Positions 57,341 through 64,000 of a DNA stretch of 64,000 bases are shown piece by piece (within the stretch, counting starts at the first letter, position 1; each line of letters opens with the position of its first letter). Under the pieces are notes generated by a model. It searched no databases. It was given only the letters and a program-made list of their open reading frames with translations, and had not been told where the DNA came from. The position numbers were made by a program, and so were the translations under genes. The DNA comes from Candidatus Pacearchaeota archaeon (lineage in GTDB: Archaea; Nanobdellota; Nanobdellia; Pacearchaeales; GW2011-AR1), in contig JAPLXZ010000012.1 in NCBI GenBank assembly GCA_026395815.1, positions 487 through 64,486 on the forward strand. The letters are read 5' to 3'.

Positions 57341-57886
57341 CTATCTCTTCTTTTTCTTATTAACTTTTCTCTTTTTCATTAAGAAAACAACAGCTCCAAC
57401 AGCAATTAAAAGACCTGCTCCAATTCCAACAATCAAAATTGGATTCAATTGGGTTTTTTCCTCTGTTTTAGCTACAACTAATACTTCAAAATCCTGGTCT
57501 ATTGCTGTTCCAAATGCTATTCCTGTTCCTCCTCCAGAGGTTATTGTCCTTATTGATACCATCACAGGATAAACATTGCCTAATGAAGCATCAGAAGGAA
57601 TTCTTATTCTTATTGGAATTTCTGTATCTTTTGTTCCAAATTTGACTAAATATTTGTTATCTCCAATAATACTTGCTACTTCATTTCCTTTTGTTATATC
57701 TGCCTGAACAGTTATATCTCCTCCTCCAACCATATTCTGCAATCTAAAAGAAGTCATACTTGTTTCTCCAGGCGATATTGTGAAAGGCCCATTAGAACCT
57801 GCGACTCCAAAAGCAAAAACTGCGCTTGCTAAAGATAAAATTAAGAATAGAGAAGTTACAAATAAGGTTATTTTTTTAGTTGTCAT
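57341..57886 (-). CDS. Surface protein with a single Ig-like domain
   Basis: Signal peptide (AFG), LQNMVG, C-terminal TM plus basic tail. Confidence 0.75.
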   Translation of the reverse strand: MTTKKITLFVTSLFLILSLASAVFAFGVAGSNGPFTISPGETSMTSFRLQNMVGGGDITVQADITKGNEVASIIGDNKYLVKFGTKDTEIPIRIRIPSDASLGNVYPVMVSIRTITSGGGTGIAFGTAIDQDFEVLVVAKTEEKTQLNPILIVGIGAGLLIAVGAVVFLMKKRKVNKKKKR

Positions 57887-57889
57887 TTT

Positions 57890-58849
57890 TTATACTTTTA
57901 TTGTCCATGCTCCTGAATTGTTTGTTGCGTATGTTTGTGAAGTAATCATTGGAACATTGGGTATGCAAAAATACAATGTTTCCTGCCCCAAACTTGTTGC
58001 ATTTGCAGCAGATACATTTCCTCTTGATAAATTTGCTCCTACTATTCCTACATCAGTTGCATTCACTAATAATGTTCCTGTATTAGTGCCTACTGTATTG
58101 TTTGCACACATGCCAACATCACTATTAGCATCCCAACTTGTAGTGAAGTTACTGACATTTAAATATTTTGTAGTAGTAACCATTCCTTGAAGGTCAATTG
58201 CATTTATTTTTATCCAGTTAGGATTTATGAGGACATTTCCTGTATTATTCAATGTAGTGTTTTGTTTTGATGTTTCGTTGGTGTCTCCTGGAGTTAAAGC
58301 AGGCCAAGTTGTCAAATTAGGATTGATAATTATTCCCTTTAAAAATCCATAAACAAATGCTTTTGATGTGTTAGATATAACAGTTCTGTTTCCTAAATCA
58401 CTGGCACTTACATTTATAGTCCAAGTTGAATTGTCATCCCAATACCACATTCTTACAGTGCAAGTATAATTCTTGGAAGTTGCATTTGACTGTCCCATTG
58501 TAGAGCATGCACTTAAATTTGTTCTTTCTACGCCTGTTTGGTTGAAAAGTGCTATAACACTTGAATCATTCAAATCACTAGCCCCATCGATATCAATCAC
58601 AGTTACAATAAAAGGAACATCAGTAGGAAGACCTTCTGTTGGGTCAACAGTTGCTCCGATAAGAGTATTATTCCATATTATAAACTTCACTGGATTAGTT
58701 CCAGTAATTGTTACACTAAAATTTGCTGGACGAGTTGAAGCCCATCCTGTTATTTTGCTCATCCATCCTGTGCTTATTCCAACATAGAGTATTATAACAA
58801 TTACAATTAAAATAGATACAAAATAAATTACAAACCTCTTTTTAACCAT
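57890..58849 (-). CDS. Exported glycoprotein, paralog of a domain in the LamG protein
   Basis: N-terminal TM plus ITGWA; MWYWD..WTIKV; dense sequons. Confidence 0.75.
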   Translation of the reverse strand: MVKKRFVIYFVSILIVIVIILYVGISTGWMSKITGWASTRPANFSVTITGTNPVKFIIWNNTLIGATVDPTEGLPTDVPFIVTVIDIDGASDLNDSSVIALFNQTGVERTNLSACSTMGQSNATSKNYTCTVRMWYWDDNSTWTINVSASDLGNRTVISNTSKAFVYGFLKGIIINPNLTTWPALTPGDTNETSKQNTTLNNTGNVLINPNWIKINAIDLQGMVTTTKYLNVSNFTTSWDANSDVGMCANNTVGTNTGTLLVNATDVGIVGANLSRGNVSAANATSLGQETLYFCIPNVPMITSQTYATNNSGAWTIKV

Positions 58850-59952
58850 CTTTATTCCTTTTAATTAAGTTTTTTTAGTTTTTAAAGATTTCTTCATTAT
58901 TCTCTTTTATTATTATTATTAAATAAATGGTTTTTCTTTATTATCCTTGAATAGGTTGTCCAAATATTCCTTTGGTCTCTGTTAAGCAATCTGGCTATTT
59001 CACTGTATTTCATTCCTCTTTCTTTTAAGTATAAGATTATAGACTCTAAGACTGTAAGATTATTATCCTTGAATATTGAAATAGGCATCAGCATTCCTTT
59101 TTCCTTAATATCAAATGATTCTCCTTTCTTTTCTTTTGCTTTCTTGTAACTCGTCCAGATTGTTCTTTCATTTCTTCCAATCTCTTTTGCAATTTCCCTG
59201 TAATTCATGTTTAGATTTTCTTTCATGTATTTAGCTATAGATTCTAAGCATCCGAGTTTGCTTGAGAAGATGGTTATAGGAATTTTTAATTCTTCTTCAG
59301 ATTTTATCATTTCTAAAATTTCTTTTCTGCTTATCTTGTACCTGCTCTTTAATTTTTCAATTATTATTTCCAGCAATTCTACTTTGTTTAGCGAGTATTC
59401 TTCTTTTAATTCGTCTGTGATTAAATTTAATGCTTCAAGAAGTCTCTCGTTCTTTAGCAATTCTTTATTTTTCTTCCTTCTCTTAGGAATTAATGCAATT
59501 AACAGTATTCTTATTGTCCATGCTTCCGAATTGTTTGTTGCGTATGTCTGAGAATAAATCATTGGAACTTTTGGAATGCAAAAATACAATGTTTCTTGGC
59601 CTAAACTTGTTGCATTTGCAGCAGATACATTTCCTCTTGATAAATTTGCTCCTACTATTCCCACATATGTTGCATTTACAAGCAATGTTCCTGTATTACC
59701 TTGACTGATGTTTGCACACATGCCCGAATCACTATTCGCGTTCCAACTTGCAGTTATATTGCTTACATTGAGGTATTTATTAGTCGTGCTCATTCCTTGA
59801 AGGTCAATTGCATTTATCTGTATGTTTCCAGAATTAATCATTACATTTCCTGTGTTATTCAATGTTGTATTCTGTTTTGATGTTTTGTTGGTGTCTCCCT
59901 GCACTAAAGTAGGCCAGGTAGTTAAATTTGGATTAATGATGATTGCCTTTAA
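57897..59952. repeat. Pair of about 440-bp diverged direct repeats (57897-58340 and 59511-59952)
   Basis: Long identical runs such as TTTGCAGCAGATACATTTCCTCTTGATAAATTTGCTCCTACTATTCC in both copies. Confidence 0.85.
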
Positions 59953-62900
59953 AAAATTATATTCGAATGTAACTGTGTTATTTGTTGTTGAATTCTCTGA
60001 ATTGTCTTTTGCAGAAACTGTTATGTTCCATGTTCCATTTGCATCCCAATACCACATTCTTATTGCACAAGTAAAGTTAGATTCATTTCCTGCACTCTGT
60101 TCACTTATGACTGAACAGCTTGAATTCTCCCTTATTGCTTCTCCTGTTCTTGTGAACGACGCATTTATTCCTGAATTATTTATGTTGCTGTATCCGTTTA
60201 CATCATAAACTGTTGCATTAAAGTTTATATTTACAACGCCTGCTTCTGTTGGGTCTGTTGCAGGAATAACAGAAACAAAAGTTAAATTAGGAGCTTGATT
60301 GGCTGCTGCAGTAATCGTAACAGTTCTCTGTTCTGTCTGGTTTACATTTCCTGCTGCGTCAATTGCATAGGCAGTGAAGTTATATTGTCCAGCACTTAAT
60401 CCTGTAAAGTTGTTGTATAATTTGTAAGTTCCTGCATTGTAGGAAGCATTAATTTCTTCTGGAGATAATGCTCTTGAGAAAATCATTACCTCGTCGATGG
60501 AACCATTGAACTGTTCTCCAGGATACCTGCCTAGAATCAAAGATTCATTAGAAATCGTTGGAGCGTCATTACCAGTTCCAGAAGTCCAAGAACCGCTGAC
60601 ATTAACCCCATCAACATACCATTTAGCAGAAGAACTTGTTCCGAATGTATAAGTAAAAACAGTATGATGCCATGTACTTGAAGTAAATACTGCAGATGAT
60701 GTTTGAAATATTTTCCATCCTCCTCCAGAATTGTAGTAAAATACTAATTCCCGTGCTGCTCCAGCAGTTCCGCTATTAGTTTGAGTGCCATAATTACAAT
60801 TACTACTACTACCTTTTGTAAGACTAGCCTGACCACTTGTCGTGGGATTGTCTGACTTTATCCACATTGAAATAGTAATATTATCTCCTAAGTCAAAATC
60901 TAATGAACTGTTACTTCCCGGGTCTGGAATATTCAAATAATCATTTATTCCGTCAAATTCCAATGCCTTTCCTCTTGGTCCAGAGACTAAATTCCCTGTT
61001 CCTAATCCTCCAGTAAAATTTCCATGATTTCCCCATGTTGAATTATCATAAACTCCTGTTGCATTATAAGAATCCATGCTCCACCATCCTACTAAATTCC
61101 TGTTCCAGTCAATAAATGCAGAATGCTCATTTGCATCACTTGTAGAAACATTGACATAAACAGATGTTGCTGTTTGTGATGAAGCATTATCAGGAGTAGG
61201 GTCTGTAAAGTTTATGTTTGGTTTTATTATGTCAATTCCAAATGTAATTGTTGATTTGTTCTCATTTCCTACAGTATCATTTGCCCAGACAGTCACATTA
61301 TGTTTTCCTTCTGCCCATGTTATGTTCGTTATATTCTCACAAATACCTGCTGTTCCTAATGATAAATTTCTTGCCATAGTGTCATTACTATACCAGCAGC
61401 TTCCTATTGCAACATTATCTGAAACAGTGTAATTTACATCTAACCCTGTATTAGAAGAATATGTATTGTTTGAAGGAGTGACTATTGCGATATTTGGCTT
61501 GATTGTTTCAGCCGTAATCGTCACACCTCTCTGTTCTGTCTGATTCACATTTCCTGCTTGGTCAATTGCATAAGCAGTGAAATTGTAGTTCCCAGTTGGC
61601 AATCCTGTGAAGTTGTTGTAATATTGGTTTGCAGAAGCATTATACAATGCTTTAATTTCTTGGGGAGAAAGGACATGGTTGAAAATCATTACTTCGTCAA
61701 GAGAACCATTGACACCTTCTTCAGCATAATCTGGCTGAGGAGCCCCTATATAAAGGTTAAAATTAGTGAGTGTTCCCGAGCCTCCTCCTGATATGCTGGA
61801 ATTATATATTCCATTTACATATACATCTGACCAGGAAGAATTGATAATGGCGACAGTTAAAAAAAACCATTGATTAGTTGGCATGATATCAGTACTACAC
61901 TGATCTCCCCCATCATACATACAGACTTGCCCAGATGTTGAGAAAAACAGACAGTAATTGACAACACCATACCCACCTTTACAAATAACAACTGGCGCGG
62001 TAGCATATTCTTTAGAATATACCCAACTAGAAAGAGTAAGTGAACCATTAATGTTAATTGACGGAGAGTTTTCTACTGCAATATAATCATAATAACCATC
62101 GAATTCCAGGGCTTCTCCTCTTTTACCTGTAACTAAATTTCCTGTTCCTAATTCACCGCCACTAAAATTTCCAAAGTTGTTCCATGTAGAATTATCATAA
62201 ATCCCACTTGTATTGTAAGAATCCATGCTCCACCATCCTACTAAGCTCCTATTCCAGTCAATAAAAGCAGAATGCTCATTTGCATCAATTGTTGAAACAT
62301 TCACATAAATAGATGTTGCTGTTTGTGACGAAGCATTATCAGGAGTAGGAATTGTGAAATTAATGTTCGGCTTGATTGTATCAATTGTAAATGTAATTGT
62401 TGATTTATTCTCATTTCCTACTGTATCATTCGCCCATACTGTTACATTATGTCTTCCTTCTGCCCATGTTATGTTTGTTATGTTTACACAGCTTCCTGCT
62501 GTTCCTAATAAGTTGTTGTATAATTTGTAAGTTCCTGCATTGTAGGAAGCATTAATTTCTTCAGGTGTTAATGCTCTATTCCAAATCATTACCTCGTCGA
62601 TGGAACCATTGAAATAACCTTCGCTTGGATTATACCTACCGATTACATTCCACCCTTGTTGGTTTGGTGAACCTGAACCAATTATTTTTTGAATACCATC
62701 CACATATATGGAGGCATTTGTTCCGTTATTAGTAACAACTACATAATGCCAATTTCCATCACTAACGTCAACCCCTGTAGTTACAATATAAATATCAATT
62801 CCGCTATTCGTAAGGAATCTAATATTGCCATCAGATTCTACTCTAAATTGATTATTATCTCCGTCGTGGTGTAATATCTGTTGCTCTGATGCAGATGAAG

Positions 62901-63999
62901 TATTTATCCATGCAGAAATTGTTATTGTTGTGGTTGTAATGCTTGATATTGCGATATAATCATTAATTCCATCAAACTGTATCGCTTTACCTCTTTTTCC
63001 AGAAATTGTTGTGTTTGTTGCATGATTGTTAAGCACACCATGTCTTCCATAACTTGAATTATCATATACTGTTCCATTTGTTAAAACAGAATCCATGCTC
63101 CACCATCTTACTAAACTTCTATTCCAATCAATAAATGCAGAATGCTCATTTGCATCACTTGTAGAAACATTGACATAAACAGATGTTGCTGTTTGTGATG
63201 AAGCATTATCAGGAGTTGGAACAGTGAAATTAATATCTGGCTTGATTGTATCAATTGTAAATGTAATTGTTGATTTATTCTCATTTCCTACTGTATCATT
63301 CGCCCATACTGTTACATTATGTCTTCCTTCTGCCCATGTTATGTTTGTTATGTTTACACAGCTTCCTGCTGTTCCTAATTTAAATATCATTAATTCGTCT
63401 ATTGTCATATTCATATTTGGATCACTTCCACTGAAGTAGCAATTTGCTCCAATGCAAAATTGGGTTTGGTATCTCTCTCCCAATCCCTCTGCTGCAACAC
63501 CATAGTATGAACCATTAACATAAAGGTCTGTTTTAGTTGAATTGATGAACATAACAGTAATATAAGCCCATTCATTTTTGGGCGGGGAATAAGCTGGAGT
63601 AAAATAAGCTGCATGCATTGGATAAATCGCGAGTTGGCCGTTACTAGCAACCATAACAGCATAATTAGCTGTGTTTGCACCCGTGCCAGTATTAATAATG
63701 CTTGACACATCAATAGGATAACCATATAACTTAACCCAGAATGAAATAGAAATCGGATATGTCAAATTTAATGAGGGATTATATGGCATATAAATCTGAT
63801 CATTCTTTCCATCAAAACTAAATCCCCCGCCCCGCTTTCCAGAACTATTGTAAACTGCTCCATCTATTTTTCCATGATTATTATAACTCGAATTATCATA
63901 AACATCTGTTGAATTTCTATCATCAAAGTTCATCCATAATACTAAACTTCTATCCCAGTCAATAAATGCAGAATGCTCATTTGCATCATTTGTTGAAAC
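58897..63999 (-). CDS. Giant LamG/Ig-repeat surface protein with C-terminal tandem HTH-like domains (5' partial)
   Basis: Four LamG modules (FDG.ND.I..GSIDEVMI); frame open to the window end; two YxEIA..RxxRxIWTxY repeats. Confidence 0.82.
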   Translation of the reverse strand, partial: VSTNDANEHSAFIDWDRSLVLWMNFDDRNSTDVYDNSSYNNHGKIDGAVYNSSGKRGGGFSFDGKNDQIYMPYNPSLNLTYPISISFWVKLYGYPIDVSSIINTGTGANTANYAVMVASNGQLAIYPMHAAYFTPAYSPPKNEWAYITVMFINSTKTDLYVNGSYYGVAAEGLGERYQTQFCIGANCYFSGSDPNMNMTIDELMIFKLGTAGSCVNITNITWAEGRHNVTVWANDTVGNENKSTITFTIDTIKPDINFTVPTPDNASSQTATSVYVNVSTSDANEHSAFIDWNRSLVRWWSMDSVLTNGTVYDNSSYGRHGVLNNHATNTTISGKRGKAIQFDGINDYIAISSITTTTITISAWINTSSASEQQILHHDGDNNQFRVESDGNIRFLTNSGIDIYIVTTGVDVSDGNWHYVVVTNNGTNASIYVDGIQKIIGSGSPNQQGWNVIGRYNPSEGYFNGSIDEVMIWNRALTPEEINASYNAGTYKLYNNLLGTAGSCVNITNITWAEGRHNVTVWANDTVGNENKSTITFTIDTIKPNINFTIPTPDNASSQTATSIYVNVSTIDANEHSAFIDWNRSLVGWWSMDSYNTSGIYDNSTWNNFGNFSGGELGTGNLVTGKRGEALEFDGYYDYIAVENSPSININGSLTLSSWVYSKEYATAPVVICKGGYGVVNYCLFFSTSGQVCMYDGGDQCSTDIMPTNQWFFLTVAIINSSWSDVYVNGIYNSSISGGGSGTLTNFNLYIGAPQPDYAEEGVNGSLDEVMIFNHVLSPQEIKALYNASANQYYNNFTGLPTGNYNFTAYAIDQAGNVNQTEQRGVTITAETIKPNIAIVTPSNNTYSSNTGLDVNYTVSDNVAIGSCWYSNDTMARNLSLGTAGICENITNITWAEGKHNVTVWANDTVGNENKSTITFGIDIIKPNINFTDPTPDNASSQTATSVYVNVSTSDANEHSAFIDWNRNLVGWWSMDSYNATGVYDNSTWGNHGNFTGGLGTGNLVSGPRGKALEFDGINDYLNIPDPGSNSSLDFDLGDNITISMWIKSDNPTTSGQASLTKGSSSNCNYGTQTNSGTAGAARELVFYYNSGGGWKIFQTSSAVFTSSTWHHTVFTYTFGTSSSAKWYVDGVNVSGSWTSGTGNDAPTISNESLILGRYPGEQFNGSIDEVMIFSRALSPEEINASYNAGTYKLYNNFTGLSAGQYNFTAYAIDAAGNVNQTEQRTVTITAAANQAPNLTFVSVIPATDPTEAGVVNINFNATVYDVNGYSNINNSGINASFTRTGEAIRENSSCSVISEQSAGNESNFTCAIRMWYWDANGTWNITVSAKDNSENSTTNNTVTFEYNFLKAIIINPNLTTWPTLVQGDTNKTSKQNTTLNNTGNVMINSGNIQINAIDLQGMSTTNKYLNVSNITASWNANSDSGMCANISQGNTGTLLVNATYVGIVGANLSRGNVSAANATSLGQETLYFCIPKVPMIYSQTYATNNSEAWTIRILLIALIPKRRKKNKELLKNERLLEALNLITDELKEEYSLNKVELLEIIIEKLKSRYKISRKEILEMIKSEEELKIPITIFSSKLGCLESIAKYMKENLNMNYREIAKEIGRNERTIWTSYKKAKEKKGESFDIKEKGMLMPISIFKDNNLTVLESIILYLKERGMKYSEIARLLNRDQRNIWTTYSRIIKKNHLFNNNNKRE

Positions 64000-64000
64000 A
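60305..64000. repeat. Near-identical internal DNA repeats flanking divergent LamG cores
   Basis: For example about 62371-62509 vs 63241-63379 identical; ANEHSAFIDW coding block present 4 times. Confidence 0.85.

Noticed and set aside
57897..59952. Diversity-generating retroelement TR/VR pair
   Set aside because: Both copies are coding, the differences are not restricted to adenines, and no reverse transcriptase is in the window.

Overview
AT-rich archaeal chromosomal segment, very probably from a DPANN archaeon (Pacearchaeota-like; this is inferred from gene content and style, not from a database search). Standard code; many genes look leaderless, with a TATA box about 29 nt upstream of the ATG. 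Housekeeping genes: RadA, RPA, a split Hef (helicase and ERCC4 nuclease), EndoQ, DHH nuclease, GINS15, TFB, aIF2-alpha, EF-1beta, uS15, eS1, eL42, eS8, SRP54, FtsY, Bud32, RNase Z, Lsm, ApgM and MinD. There are six tRNAs, three with BHB introns (one at the non-canonical position 27/28). The window also has a type IV pilus locus (ATPase, TadC-like protein, about 10 pilin-like genes, prepilin peptidase) and several very large sequon-rich surface proteins. Most notable: (1) a PurA-like enzyme with three normally conserved IMP-binding residues substituted, coupled to an FAD oxidoreductase; (2) free-standing LAGLIDADG genes directly upstream of two tRNAs; (3) small hairpin insertions and gene-end duplications in genes, a UTR, tRNA introns and tRNA trailers; (4) a 2172-aa secreted protein with NlpC/P60-like C-terminal domains; (5) a LamG-repeat surface protein fused to tandem HTH-like domains; (6) an unexplained structured 129-nt element next to tRNA-Leu. 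Family assignments come from motif recognition by eye; no searches were run.
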